Of a stretch of DNA of 38,126 nt, positions 1-9,742 are shown in pieces. The notes beneath the pieces are model-generated. The model saw nothing but the letters and a program-made list of their open reading frames with translations, was not told where the DNA came from and made no database searches. A program made the position numbers and the translations under genes. How positions within the stretch are numbered: the first letter of the stretch is position 1; every line of letters begins with the position of its first letter. The DNA is from a virus (taxonomy: Duplodnaviria; Caudoviricetes), in the IMG/VR virus record IMGVR_UViG_3300037420_001437, positions 1 to 38,126 of that record. One strand, 5' to 3'.

Positions 1-238
1 TTTTTTCGATCTTGCGCAGGAAGTCGGGGTGACTTACGGAGTAACCGCCTTCACCTACATCAGGACTTGTGTACAAGCCATATAAGAGTTCAATAGCGCA
101 TAGGTCTATCTGCTTTGCACTGCCTGATACGTAGATGTCCGTTCCTGTTATATTAGCATCAAGTAGGACTTTATCTGCTGTCAAATCAGGTACGGTAACA
201 TCCTGCAAGACTGCTAAAAGGGCTTCTTTGTTGGTCAT
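1..238 (-). CDS. Putative head-tail connector/head completion protein (partial, runs off window)
   Basis: Manual translation MTNKEALLAVLQDVTVPDLTADKVLLDANI...EGGYSVSHPDFLRKIEK; directly downstream of the capsid gene. Confidence 0.6.
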   Translation of the reverse strand, partial: MTNKEALLAVLQDVTVPDLTADKVLLDANITGTDIYVSGSAKQIDLCAIELLYGLYTSPDVGEGGYSVSHPDFLRKIEK

Positions 239-253
239 CAAAGAACTAGTTTA

Positions 254-1339
254 TTAGTACGCCAAAGTGGTGCTCAGTAAGTAGACCTGGTTGATGGCTT
301 CAAAGCCTGGGAAGGCGTTGAATTCAGCCTTGGTGTACTCGCCAAACGGCTCATTTTGGCTCCATTTAGAGATCAGCGCCCGATTGAACGTAGCGTAGCT
401 AACATTCGATACGGGGGTCAGTTGCTCCTGTGCAAGTGCGTTGTGAATCTTACCCAGCGGGCCAGCCGGAACAAAGACCGCATTGGTCTGAGAGAACGGC
501 TTGGTCGCGGTGGTCACACCGTCTTTTTCCACGCCCACCTGCTCGTTGACAATCGTGATGGGGGGCAGTTGCATGGCCTGCAAATAGTCGTTGACCCTTT
601 GCAGTGTGGCTACGGCAGCGCCTTTCTGTAACTGGTTGTAGGCGGTTAAAGAATCGGTCACCTGCTTACAGGCGGCGAACTTCAGCCATACGGCCCTGGA
701 CATCAGAATTTCCGCGAAAGAAAGACCTACAGCTTCTGCGGCTTCCACTACGGTTTGAATATCCGTAATCGGGGTAGCGGTGGCAGAAGTAGCCCAATTG
801 ACGGCGGCGTTAGATTTATTGCCGGAAGGCATCCCTAAGTCAACCGCTACGCTGGACACGTAACCATCGGGGTTCGTGTTGACATCAATAGTGATTTGAC
901 CGGTGGAAACGGCTTGCAGGGCCAGTTGATCCAGTTTTTTATGCACCGAGTTACCGGCCTTTTGCACGTCCCCAAAGAGAAGGTCCAGCAGTTGTTGCTT
1001 TTTGGCGGCTTCGTCCAAGGGCAGTTGCTGGATGGCGTAGAAGTTGCGATAGTCATTTTCGTCCATCTTGAACTTCTCGGCGATTGCTGGGATTTCCCCG
1101 GAGAGCTTGTCTAAAGTGGCCCTGCTGCGAAGCGGGGCTGCGCTGCCACGGGCGATAATAGAGGCGGCGGCTTCAATTCTGGAAGCGCCCAGCACACTTA
1201 CATAGGTAAGATTGAACTGAGGGGTGCCGAAGGTGAAATACTTGGGATACCAAACAGGAGCAAATTTGTCCAGGCTGTTATCCACGATGGTTTGCAGCTT
1301 ATCGCCGTAGGGACCAAATACAGATTTAATTTGTGCCAT
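254..1339 (-). CDS. Major capsid protein (phage major capsid E-like, HK97 fold)
   Basis: 361 aa, follows scaffold and decoration genes; 'NWATSATATPITDI' segment resembles lambda gpE-like capsids. Confidence 0.85.
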   Translation of the reverse strand: MAQIKSVFGPYGDKLQTIVDNSLDKFAPVWYPKYFTFGTPQFNLTYVSVLGASRIEAAASIIARGSAAPLRSRATLDKLSGEIPAIAEKFKMDENDYRNFYAIQQLPLDEAAKKQQLLDLLFGDVQKAGNSVHKKLDQLALQAVSTGQITIDVNTNPDGYVSSVAVDLGMPSGNKSNAAVNWATSATATPITDIQTVVEAAEAVGLSFAEILMSRAVWLKFAACKQVTDSLTAYNQLQKGAAVATLQRVNDYLQAMQLPPITIVNEQVGVEKDGVTTATKPFSQTNAVFVPAGPLGKIHNALAQEQLTPVSNVSYATFNRALISKWSQNEPFGEYTKAEFNAFPGFEAINQVYLLSTTLAY

Positions 1340-1354
1340 TGTTTATAGTCCTGT

Positions 1355-1711
1355 TTAGAATGAGTTAGAAAATGTGATTCGAGGTAATTTGGCGATGATG
1401 GCCGAGGTCTTGGAAGCGGCGTGAGAGATGCGGCGTTTGTAGACCACACCCTCCAACACTACGACCACTTCGGCGTCATCCGCAATTGTGACATCCGAGG
1501 CTAACAGGCCGGTGGGAGTGTCTGTATCAGCGTCCACTACGGTCGCCTTGCGGGTCGCTTCATCCACGATGATGGCGGTGCCAGCGGCCAGCGTGTCGCC
1601 TGCCGTAAGGCCGGTAGCATCCAAAGACGCCCCGCCCTGAAGGACAGTATCGATCCTTTGAAAAACCACCACGCCGTTAGAGGCGGTTGTTTTTACTGGA
1701 ATTAAACCCAT
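1355..1711 (-). CDS. Head decoration protein
   Basis: 118 aa, Gly/Ala/Thr-rich ('GGASLD..GDTLAAGT'), between scaffold and capsid. Confidence 0.7.
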   Translation of the reverse strand: MGLIPVKTTASNGVVVFQRIDTVLQGGASLDATGLTAGDTLAAGTAIIVDEATRKATVVDADTDTPTGLLASDVTIADDAEVVVVLEGVVYKRRISHAASKTSAIIAKLPRITFSNSF

Positions 1712-1735
1712 TGTTACTTATTTTTTTTAGGTGAT

Positions 1736-2335
1736 TTACTTTTTGTCCTTTCCAGCCCAGGCTTTGATGTCTTGATCAATGCTTTCCGACTTAATCGTAC
1801 TGACCCCACCCACTGGAGCAGAGGTTTGGGAAAATCCCTGGTTGACGAGTTCCTGCTTGTAGGCGGTGTGGTCGGCTTCGATCTCTGATAAGACCTGGTC
1901 TAACTGGTCTTCGCTCTCCACTTGGCGGCCTTTAAGGAGGATGGACGGAATTTTCTTTTCGGCCATCTTTTCCTGAAGTTTCTTTTGCAGGTGAGATTGG
2001 GTTTTCTCTTTTTCAAAGGAGGAAACCTTTTCCGTTAGCTGCTGCATCTGCGCTAGGAGTACCTTCATAGGGTCGTCTTCCGTAGGCTCGTTTTTGGGCT
2101 GGGCTTGTGGCTTTTTGTCCTTTGCTTCCAAAGTCCTGAGTCGGTCATCATTTCTTGCGATGTCCGCAAAGGGCATGATGTCGTTGAGTTCGTCCAGCTT
2201 TTCGTCGATTTGGGATTCCTCTGTAATCTTTGAGCTAAGTTTATCCGCTATAGCGTCTATCCTTGCCTGTGAGAGGTTCTTCACACCTAAAGTCTGTAGC
2301 TTCGCCTTTAGTTGTGCTTTGATTTTGTCTACCAT
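1736..2335 (-). CDS. Capsid scaffolding protein
   Basis: Highly charged coiled-coil protein upstream of decoration/capsid; likely start MVDKIKAQ at 2335. Confidence 0.7.
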   Translation of the reverse strand: MVDKIKAQLKAKLQTLGVKNLSQARIDAIADKLSSKITEESQIDEKLDELNDIMPFADIARNDDRLRTLEAKDKKPQAQPKNEPTEDDPMKVLLAQMQQLTEKVSSFEKEKTQSHLQKKLQEKMAEKKIPSILLKGRQVESEDQLDQVLSEIEADHTAYKQELVNQGFSQTSAPVGGVSTIKSESIDQDIKAWAGKDKK

Positions 2336-2457
2336 AGAATTGAAAAGAACTTTTTGATTTGAAGTGTAAATTAGAAGGGAGTTAATGGAGGATAAAATCA
2401 GTAATTGCAACTTAGAGGGAAGTTGAATAGAAAGTAATATTTTACTACATTAGAGGT

Positions 2458-2769
2458 ATGATAAAACAACTTAAATACGCACTACCGGAAATCGAAGTAA
2501 AGACACTAAATGGTGATGCAGAAAGAATGGTAAGAGATAAAATGTCTCGAACTTTATCTGAAGATTTAAGCCAAATGCTTACGATTGACAAAAGAGAAGT
2601 AGAAGGATATACGGGCAATAAGGACTGTATTTTTTCTTCTGAATTAGTGGTTCTAACCTTGGATCATTGGCGGCACATAGAAGGGCTGCTAAAAATCGTA
2701 AAAATGAATTCCACAAGAGAAATGCAAGTTCTGATTGATGAAATCAGAAATGAGGTGTTAAATAAGTAG
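2458..2769 (+). CDS. Hypothetical protein (counter-oriented accessory cassette)
   Basis: 103-aa ORF with ATG, preceded by a TACATTAG promoter-like box; AT-rich. Confidence 0.65.
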   Translation: MIKQLKYALPEIEVKTLNGDAERMVRDKMSRTLSEDLSQMLTIDKREVEGYTGNKDCIFSSELVVLTLDHWRHIEGLLKIVKMNSTREMQVLIDEIRNEVLNK

Positions 2770-2778
2770 TTTAGAGCC

Positions 2779-2979
2779 ATGAATTTTAGCGGAACAGCGA
2801 CCATTACTATCAATATGTCGGCCAGTTGGTTTGACAACTACCCGCCCTGTAAGTTTCCCGTTAACCTTCTTAAAGGGTGGTTACAGGAATCCATTAGGCA
2901 GGAGAACTATGAACGGGCTGCAAAAATTCGGGATGAAATCTTACAACGGGATCTTAATACAACTTCTACACAGATGTAA
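2779..2979 (+). CDS. Small UVR (UvrB/UvrC) motif protein
   Basis: 'LQESIRQENYERAAKIRDEI' matches the UVR coiled-coil motif. Confidence 0.7.
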   Translation: MNFSGTATITINMSASWFDNYPPCKFPVNLLKGWLQESIRQENYERAAKIRDEILQRDLNTTSTQM

Positions 2980-3004
2980 CAACTATGCTTGCTATCTTTA
3001 GGGT

Positions 3005-3196
3005 ATGCTTCATTATTACGGAAACCAGCTTGCTATGGAGTTGGGGCAAGCGGCTAAATTTTATATCACGCTTTATCAAAAACCAGGGGAACAGACGGTC
3101 TTGGTGCCGTTTATGGATTTGAGTAAGAATCGTAAACGCTTTGTGAAGTTTGAACTGCTGGCGGGGGTATGGTGCTTTGTGGATTTGGTAGATTAG
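3005..3196 (+). CDS. Hypothetical protein
   Basis: 63-aa ORF with ATG, immediately after a TATCTTTA promoter-like box. Confidence 0.55.
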   Translation: MLHYYGNQLAMELGQAAKFYITLYQKPGEQTVLVPFMDLSKNRKRFVKFELLAGVWCFVDLVD

Positions 3197-3324
3197 GTGT
3201 ATATAAATTCAATAGGGCCTTCCCATGTCATGATAGTAGCTTTCTTTTGCCTGTTCTTTCTGATTTTATTTGCTTGCTTTTTTACGTTTTTTATAAAAGG
3301 CTTGTTGAATTTATTCTTTCTCAT
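3193..3324 (-). CDS. Small basic hypothetical protein (43 aa)
   Basis: Manual translation MRKNKFNKPFIKNVKKQANKIRKNRQKK...; ATGA overlap with the minor head gene stop. Confidence 0.4.
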   Translation of the reverse strand: MRKNKFNKPFIKNVKKQANKIRKNRQKKATIMTWEGPIEFIYT

Positions 3325-4358
3325 TTTAGTAAATGTTTGTTGTCGGCATACCAATACGGGGTACTACTCCAGCCCTCTATGCGCTTTTTATTTTCCTTGA
3401 CGTAATTGGTAAATTCAGCGGGCATTTTATCCAATCCCTTCACCTCCGGTAAGAGGTCTCCCGAAAGTATCTTTTCTTCGTACCGCTCGTATTCCTCATC
3501 ACTCATTTGGATGGCCGTTTGATAGCAGATGCAGAACGGGTGCCACCGTTTCCAGACAAACGATTTGGGATAGTCGCCCTGAAGGGTATCACAAATATCA
3601 AATTCAGGATGGTTGTGTGAGGTTTTAATACGTATGCCGATAACAAAGGGAAGCTGCTGCCATCGGTGCCAGTCACTCATAGCGTAGGAAATGTTGGTCT
3701 CTGAAGCGGTGAGGCGCAAAGCGTTTTTATAGGAACTTCTATACACGCCCTGCCCCGGTTTATACTCTTTGGCGGCTTTACTTAGTTTGAGTTCCCCTTT
3801 TGCGTCCCGTACCCTGCGAAATAAGCGGTCAGGTTCGTTAAGGAAAACTTTTAAATCCCTTGCCATTGCAGCGGCGCTCTTGCCCTCCGAGATACCCACC
3901 GCAAGCCCTGTTTCCAGTTGGGTTTTAAAAGGTTCCAGCGTATTCCAGACCCGTGTCGACAGATTTAAACCCTGCTCCTTTCTTTTTAGAAAAGCCTCTA
4001 AAGCCCCCCTATTGGGGTCGTACAAGATCTGCCGTCCTTTACGGGTGGGTTTCCTGCCCGCCAGCCTTCTGTCTACAAAGAGGTTGTTTTTTTGGTTGGC
4101 AAGATCCCAGCTTTCTTTTATGGAGTTGATAAGGGTGGCATAAATACCCGTGTGTAGTTTTTTTAGCTCCCGTTCCACTACCTTTTGCAGCGCAGGGTAT
4201 TTGGAGAGCTTAAAAACGCCTTCTTTTAGCTTAATGGTCACACCTACGAGGGAGATTTCAATGATCGCACCCTGGTACAAGGCCCTAATCTTTTGGGCAT
4301 TGCGGGCGATGATGCGCAGGTTACGGGCTTCAAAGTCTTTAAAGAGGTCTTCAGGCAT
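3321..4358 (-). CDS. Minor head morphogenesis protein (SPP1 gp7/Mu F-like)
   Basis: 'NALRLTASETN', 'CDTLQGDYPK..WKRWHPFCIC' motifs; located in the head module. Confidence 0.85.
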   Translation of the reverse strand: MPEDLFKDFEARNLRIIARNAQKIRALYQGAIIEISLVGVTIKLKEGVFKLSKYPALQKVVERELKKLHTGIYATLINSIKESWDLANQKNNLFVDRRLAGRKPTRKGRQILYDPNRGALEAFLKRKEQGLNLSTRVWNTLEPFKTQLETGLAVGISEGKSAAAMARDLKVFLNEPDRLFRRVRDAKGELKLSKAAKEYKPGQGVYRSSYKNALRLTASETNISYAMSDWHRWQQLPFVIGIRIKTSHNHPEFDICDTLQGDYPKSFVWKRWHPFCICYQTAIQMSDEEYERYEEKILSGDLLPEVKGLDKMPAEFTNYVKENKKRIEGWSSTPYWYADNKHLLK

Positions 4359-4596
4359 GGAATGTATTCAATAAATGCTCAAAATCCTTTACCGACAAAT
4401 ACACCGAAAACGGCTCTCGGTTTTTCACCGTGACAATAACCGAGGCCTCGCTGTCCACGTCGGGCCTATAGGTTTGAATTTCAAAGGGGTTGACCTTTTC
4501 CCAGCTGTCGGTCAGTTCGCCTTCCTCCCCGGTCAGTTCCTTGACCTTGGTGTTATAGACTTTTATGGGAAGGGTTATAAATCGATCGGTAAACAT
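4351..4596 (-). CDS. Hypothetical protein
   Basis: 81-aa ORF overlapping the start of the next gene. Confidence 0.65.
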   Translation of the reverse strand: MFTDRFITLPIKVYNTKVKELTGEEGELTDSWEKVNPFEIQTYRPDVDSEASVIVTVKNREPFSVYLSVKDFEHLLNTFHA

Positions 4597-4609
4597 TTTG
4601 GATTAAGTT

Positions 4610-4777
4610 TTACGGTATGCCTTCGGTTTTTTCGTCCATGCCACTACGCAGCGGGTTGCTCTCGTCTTTTTGTTTTTGTAGTTGCTCATTCCATAGCTTT
4701 AGAGATTCATAGGAGAGCTTTTTTAGCACTTCTTCGATCTGCTCTTGTGGGGTGGTATCGTGCGCTTCATTAGGCAT
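4610..4777 (-). CDS. Hypothetical protein (55 aa)
   Basis: Manual translation MPNEAHDTTPQEQIEEVLKKLSYESLKLWNEQ...; fills the gap in the operon. Confidence 0.5.
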   Translation of the reverse strand: MPNEAHDTTPQEQIEEVLKKLSYESLKLWNEQLQKQKDESNPLRSGMDEKTEGIP

Positions 4778-4787
4778 TGCACAAGGG

Positions 4788-5576
4788 TTAAAACACGTAT
4801 TTAAACAACCTCACCACGTCGCCGCCAATAGACAAGAGAATCAGTAGCGCAATCGGTACAATCGTTATTAACATAAAGTATTTTCTTACTGCCTTACGCT
4901 TTGAGTAAAACACGGTTTCTAAAATCTTGGAAGCTATATTGCCGCCATCCAAAGGCGAAAAAGGCAGGCAGTTAAATAACCCCAATCCAATAGAGCATAA
5001 CCCGCCTGTTTCCAGAACTTTTATCCATGATATACTACGCTGAACGACGAATTCCCCCGCCTGAACTATGGAGCCTTGGCTGGTTACAAATCCTTTAGGA
5101 TCGGTAAACAGGCCCTTTAAAAGAATGTACACAATTAAAATTCCAAGTACAGGAATGATGTAAAAGGAGTACCTAAGAAAAACGACAAATAACACGGAAA
5201 TAAGGCAGACTATCAGCAATCCTTGGCTCACCTGTCCACGAAACATATCGGCGGCTAATAAAAGGATGGTCCCAAATAGAAAGTTCAGGGCAATACCCGC
5301 CCCCATGATCTCACCGTACTTGGAAAGTGACAGGAATTCTGCCTTTTTTGCACCATAATCCGTAGGCATTACATAAGCACCCAGCGGAATGATACGGGCT
5401 GTAATGGGAGTAGCACCAAATAATTTTGGAAGCCTGAAGGTAAATAGCCTGTACCCACTTATCCCTATCAAACTGATTTCCTTTATGCCTATGTTGTGCT
5501 TACGCATGAAAAAGGCGTGACCTAATTCGTGAAGTGAAATACTGAGAATTAAAAATAAAATTGCTGTTATTGCCAT
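4788..5576 (-). CDS. Site-2 protease family (M50) intramembrane zinc metalloprotease
   Basis: HELGH at the end of the first TM helix, 'IIPLGAYV', 'NCLPFSPLDGG'; multiple TM segments. Confidence 0.9.
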   Translation of the reverse strand: MAITAILFLILSISLHELGHAFFMRKHNIGIKEISLIGISGYRLFTFRLPKLFGATPITARIIPLGAYVMPTDYGAKKAEFLSLSKYGEIMGAGIALNFLFGTILLLAADMFRGQVSQGLLIVCLISVLFVVFLRYSFYIIPVLGILIVYILLKGLFTDPKGFVTSQGSIVQAGEFVVQRSISWIKVLETGGLCSIGLGLFNCLPFSPLDGGNIASKILETVFYSKRKAVRKYFMLITIVPIALLILLSIGGDVVRLFKYVF

Positions 5577-5586
5577 ATAGTTGGTT

Positions 5587-5775
5587 TTAGTTATTGTCTC
5601 CTTTCCTTTCCCGTTGGTTAATAACGATCTGCTCTATAAACTCCCGCTCTCTAATCCAGTCCTTACCGTAGTAGCGGGTCTTGATTCTTTGCTTTCCCTC
5701 ACTGTGATAGAAGCGGTTCGCCAGGTACAGCCCCATTAAAAAGCCTACGATGACGCCTGCACAGAGTTTATCCAT
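5587..5775 (-). CDS. Small membrane-anchored hypothetical protein
   Basis: N-terminal hydrophobic helix, 62 aa. Confidence 0.55.
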   Translation of the reverse strand: MDKLCAGVIVGFLMGLYLANRFYHSEGKQRIKTRYYGKDWIREREFIEQIVINQRERKGDNN

Positions 5776-5830
5776 ACACCCTCCTTTTTACAAGGCCCAC
5801 CACTATAAATAAGAGTAGACAGGTGAACAT

Positions 5831-6028
5831 TTATTTAAAAATTTCCTTTAGTTTTTGAAATATCTGTTCTACATCACTACTGTTCATGTCCTCTGACATT
5901 ACCTTGTGGATTGTTATACTGTCTTTTACTATATCCTTTGCTTTTTGTTCGCTGGCTGCCATCACGTCGGTCTTCATCTTTTTGCCGTACACTTCAAAAA
6001 AGACGGTATATTTTTTATATCCAAACAC
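5831..6028 (-). CDS. Hypothetical protein
   Basis: 65-aa ORF abutting the upstream gene. Confidence 0.65.
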   Translation of the reverse strand: MFGYKKYTVFFEVYGKKMKTDVMAASEQKAKDIVKDSITIHKVMSEDMNSSDVEQIFQKLKEIFK

Positions 6029-6454
6029 CTAGAGTTGGTTTTGATCCGTTTCCCCTTCAACACTAAAAACAGGTTCTGCACAATAATCATTTTCATGTGC
6101 CTGATCGCTCATTACTCCTTCCAACTTTTCCGCCTCTTCTTTTTGCTTTGTCTTCTCTGCCAACTTTTGAGCCATCATGTGACGGTTAACCGCCTGTATG
6201 TAGGCGCTCACCCCCTTTACGCCCTGCTTATTGTACATCCGCTTCATTTTGCGATTATGGTTCAGGGTCACTGCCACTACGTGCTTTTGTTTGTAGGTCG
6301 CACCTGCATCAATTGGGCGGCCTTGCACTTCTTCCACACCGGACTTAAAGAGTTCGGCCCCGCTTACCCGCTCGCCCTGAACATGGCCTACCATGATTTG
6401 AGGCATTTGAGCGGCTATTTTTCTGATCTTTTTTAGTTTAGCTTTCTTACCCAT
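6029..6454 (-). CDS. Hypothetical protein
   Basis: 141-aa ORF starting 2 nt after the portal stop. Confidence 0.7.
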   Translation of the reverse strand: MGKKAKLKKIRKIAAQMPQIMVGHVQGERVSGAELFKSGVEEVQGRPIDAGATYKQKHVVAVTLNHNRKMKRMYNKQGVKGVSAYIQAVNRHMMAQKLAEKTKQKEEAEKLEGVMSDQAHENDYCAEPVFSVEGETDQNQL

Positions 6455-6456
6455 AT

Positions 6457-7872
6457 TTAGAGTTGGTTTTGATTCATGATCTCGTTTAAGGCTCCGGCAC
6501 TATTAGCCTCCTGTTCAATCTGCGCTAGCTCCGCCTGCACGTCTTCTGCAATACCCAGCTGGCGCACCCCCGTGTCTTTGGACATGATGCCTCCGCTGAC
6601 CGCCGTGGTCAGCGTGTTCACCAACCCCTCCATGTCTTTGGGCAGGAAAAACTCAAACTGCGGCTTGATCTTTAAGCTAATTCCTTTTTTGAGCGTTAGG
6701 TCAATGGTGGACAGCGCCGCTTTTAAGTAGTTGATCCTACGCTGCACCCCTTCACCAAAGATGCCCGCTTTTTTGGCCGCTTTGAGGTGCGCTCCCATGA
6801 ACATACACTCCATCGCAAAGCCGGAGGTCTGCCCCATCCCTTTTAAGGCATCAAAGGAGATGTCCGGGGTAAAGGTGCAGGCATAGATCACTTTAAAGAG
6901 GTTGTCGATCTCCATTTTAATGGATTCGGGGGCGTGGTCCCAGGAGAGGAACTTGGCGTCGGCCTTCTCATCGGCCTGGATGGCCTTGCCGTCCTGCTCT
7001 TTTTCCGGTAGCGAGGTGATCTCTCCGGAGGTAAACAAAATGGGTGAGCCCGAATAGTCGTTGGTGTCGGCGTGGCGCGAAAGGACGGTTTCCAGCCGGT
7101 CGATAGCCGTTTGTACGTCGGCCCATTCCGGCGTGGGCTGGGCGTAGTAGATCACGGGGATCTTCTGTACCATGTTGGCTACGGGCGGGTCGATTAGCCA
7201 GCCTTGGTCGGTCTTTACACCGTGGTAAAAGAACTTGTCGGTATATACGTCAAAGTGTTGTTCCGTCTTTCCTTCGCTTTTTAAGGTATAGCCTCTTCCA
7301 AAAGCGATCATATTGCCCGTAGGGTCGAAGATGGGCCTAATCTGATCCCCCAGCGAGTGGGCAAGGACTTTCATGCGAAGGCGGAACTTGCCGTTAATTT
7401 TGGTCTCCCCCCAATACTCTGCGGGGTCTTCCAATTCTTCGGTGTACCACAGTTCCGCAACTTCGGTTTCCGACATCATCTTTTCCGAAAGGTCCATACT
7501 CTTATAATCCAGCTTGTTGTCATCCCATACTTTTTCTATGCCCTCTAAGAGTGTTTTTTCCACGGTGTCCTCTTCTGCGTTGGCGACCAGTTTAATGGGG
7601 TTGCCACACAGGAAAGCTGCCGCCGTTTGGGTGATGATCTTTTGCATGGGCACACCAATGCGGGCTACTTTTTTGGTGTCCACGATGCTGCCGTTTTCGT
7701 CTTTGATGGGTTTATCCTTGCGCTTTACGGGGTCAAAGACATCGTGCAGGGACACTTCGTACTGCTTTTGGTAGGTGTCCAGCTCCGGTTTTTCGCCCAC
7801 CTCCTGGTCGAAGGCGTCCTTTAATTTATCGGTATCCGAGGTAAGTAACTCTTGTAAGCGTTCTGTTTTCAT
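6457..7872 (-). CDS. Portal protein, SPP1 gp6-like
   Basis: 471 aa after TerL; 'AAAFLCGNPI', 'KIPVIYY', 'GEGVQRRINY', 'GGIMSKDT'. Confidence 0.93.
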   Translation of the reverse strand: MKTERLQELLTSDTDKLKDAFDQEVGEKPELDTYQKQYEVSLHDVFDPVKRKDKPIKDENGSIVDTKKVARIGVPMQKIITQTAAAFLCGNPIKLVANAEEDTVEKTLLEGIEKVWDDNKLDYKSMDLSEKMMSETEVAELWYTEELEDPAEYWGETKINGKFRLRMKVLAHSLGDQIRPIFDPTGNMIAFGRGYTLKSEGKTEQHFDVYTDKFFYHGVKTDQGWLIDPPVANMVQKIPVIYYAQPTPEWADVQTAIDRLETVLSRHADTNDYSGSPILFTSGEITSLPEKEQDGKAIQADEKADAKFLSWDHAPESIKMEIDNLFKVIYACTFTPDISFDALKGMGQTSGFAMECMFMGAHLKAAKKAGIFGEGVQRRINYLKAALSTIDLTLKKGISLKIKPQFEFFLPKDMEGLVNTLTTAVSGGIMSKDTGVRQLGIAEDVQAELAQIEQEANSAGALNEIMNQNQL

Positions 7873-9326
7873 TATGGGGCTATGTTTGAAAGATTCTTTT
7901 TAGGTTGTTTAGATATTGTTTCTTCTTCCACGATCATGGTCAGGGCATCGGGGGCGTCGTCGTGCTTGTTCTTTCCTGTCGCCATATACCCCGTCACGGC
8001 ACTATAGAACTCCGGCCACATCAAATCCCATCCTTCGGGGTAGTAGATCATATTCTGCACTTCAGCGGCCTTTGTGAATATCCGAACCTCCTTATTGTGG
8101 GTCTGATGGAACCACGAAAAGGCGGTTTTTCGGTTGTGTAGCTCCCGGCACTTCTTTTCCACGTTGCGGGCAAAGCCCCGGCCCCCGTTATTGGACTCCA
8201 CTTTTACCCTATCTACCAAAAACTTGGTCAACTGCCTTGCCGTAGCGTCTTCGGTGGTTTCCATGCCCTGAGCGGTATAGTACACATCCAAAAGATAGTA
8301 ACCGTGGGGGGTAGGGCTATACACGATAGAACACAGGTAATCCTCGCCGGTATCAGCGGTATCAATGACCGCCTTTTTCGTCCCAGCCTCTACGGGAAGG
8401 GTTCTGTATAGCTTGTACTCTTTATACAAAAGCCCTTCTTTTGGCTTTGGATTCTGCTGGTACAGCGATTCGAAAATGTGGCTATCCCTTTGCCGCGACT
8501 TTATTAGCTTCTCCAGCCCGTGGCGCTCCGGCCATAAGGGAGTTCCTTCCTCTCTCGGGTCATACTGATTAGGAGGGCCAATCTTAAGGGCAGGGAACAC
8601 AAATACAGCCCAATCACCGCCCTCTTCTATCCTCCCTTCCTTTCTGAGTAAATAGCCAGCCAGGTCGTTTTCGTGCCAACGGGTAAAGACGATAAGTTGT
8701 TGGCTATCGTTATGAAGGCGGGTGTCGGCTACCGTACCATACCAATCCTGGATGCTGTCCCTGACCGTTTCGCTCCAGGCTGTCTTGGCATCCTTGTAGA
8801 TGTCGTCCATAATCAATACATCTACCGGCTCCCCTGTGAGCGGGCCGCATACTCCCACCGTCTTAAATCCGCCGCGCCTGCCTACGATCTCGCATTCGTC
8901 TGAATTTCTAAGCCAGCTTCCTGCCACTGTAATGACATTAGAAGCGTTTAGGCGGGTGTTCGGGAACACTTCCCGGTATTCGGGGGTATCTATGACCCGT
9001 TGAATTTCCCGGTTAAATTTTCGGGCTTTGGGTGCCGAATAACTCACTACTGCTATCTTCTTGTCCGGGTCGTGTCCTAACAGGTAAGCGGGCAGCCTAC
9101 GGGTAGACCCTTCCGATTTGCCGTGTTGCGGTGGCACAAAGACCATCAGCTTTTTTATGTTCCCCTCTGCAAACTGTGAAAGAACTTCGTAGTATTTCTC
9201 ATGGAACCAATTGGGCTGAAAGGTGGGCATAGTCCACTTGGCAAACCCCAGCAAATCCTTTTTAGCCCTTAGCTTCGCCTTTTGCTCCAATAGGTATAAA
9301 AGCTCCCTTTTATCACTTATGGTCAT
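7872..9326 (-). CDS. terL: Terminase large subunit
   Basis: Walker A 'PPQHGKS', Walker B 'LIMDD', 'TRWHENDL', nuclease motifs 'DTADTGED' and 'HDDAPD'. Confidence 0.96.
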   Translation of the reverse strand: MTISDKRELLYLLEQKAKLRAKKDLLGFAKWTMPTFQPNWFHEKYYEVLSQFAEGNIKKLMVFVPPQHGKSEGSTRRLPAYLLGHDPDKKIAVVSYSAPKARKFNREIQRVIDTPEYREVFPNTRLNASNVITVAGSWLRNSDECEIVGRRGGFKTVGVCGPLTGEPVDVLIMDDIYKDAKTAWSETVRDSIQDWYGTVADTRLHNDSQQLIVFTRWHENDLAGYLLRKEGRIEEGGDWAVFVFPALKIGPPNQYDPREEGTPLWPERHGLEKLIKSRQRDSHIFESLYQQNPKPKEGLLYKEYKLYRTLPVEAGTKKAVIDTADTGEDYLCSIVYSPTPHGYYLLDVYYTAQGMETTEDATARQLTKFLVDRVKVESNNGGRGFARNVEKKCRELHNRKTAFSWFHQTHNKEVRIFTKAAEVQNMIYYPEGWDLMWPEFYSAVTGYMATGKNKHDDAPDALTMIVEEETISKQPKKNLSNIAP

Positions 9327-9742
9327 TTGTTTAAGAGCTTTTGGATCCTATCGTTAATATCTTCTTCCGATAGGTTTCGGAACAGGTCCTTGCCATCCTT
9401 GCCGGTTACTTCCTGGTTTACTTTGGAGGTCTCTATCAGGTCGTGGTAGGCTTTTAAGATGAAGATCCCCAGTGAGGGTATGATGTCACCTTTAGCCGTT
9501 TTTTTGACCACAATAGCCTCGCATTTGTTATACATCCTTTTTATCGCGTCGAAAACTTCTTCGTCTTCCTTGAACTTTTCCAGCACGTAATTGAACTTGG
9601 TGCGGTAGGTTTCGCACTTTTCAGCCACTTCGGAAAGGAAGTAGCAATTGTCATTTATAGCCGCTAGCGCCCTTTGTGCCAACTCTAAGGCCACTTCTTT
9701 AGTAATCGTTTCGGCGTACTTATTTCCCTGTTCTGCTGCCAT
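9323..9742 (-). CDS. Putative terminase small subunit
   Basis: Overlaps the terL start; N-terminal 'GNKYA' and C-terminal 'EVTGKDGKDL' are typical of TerS. Confidence 0.75.
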   Translation of the reverse strand: MAAEQGNKYAETITKEVALELAQRALAAINDNCYFLSEVAEKCETYRTKFNYVLEKFKEDEEVFDAIKRMYNKCEAIVVKKTAKGDIIPSLGIFILKAYHDLIETSKVNQEVTGKDGKDLFRNLSEEDINDRIQKLLNK

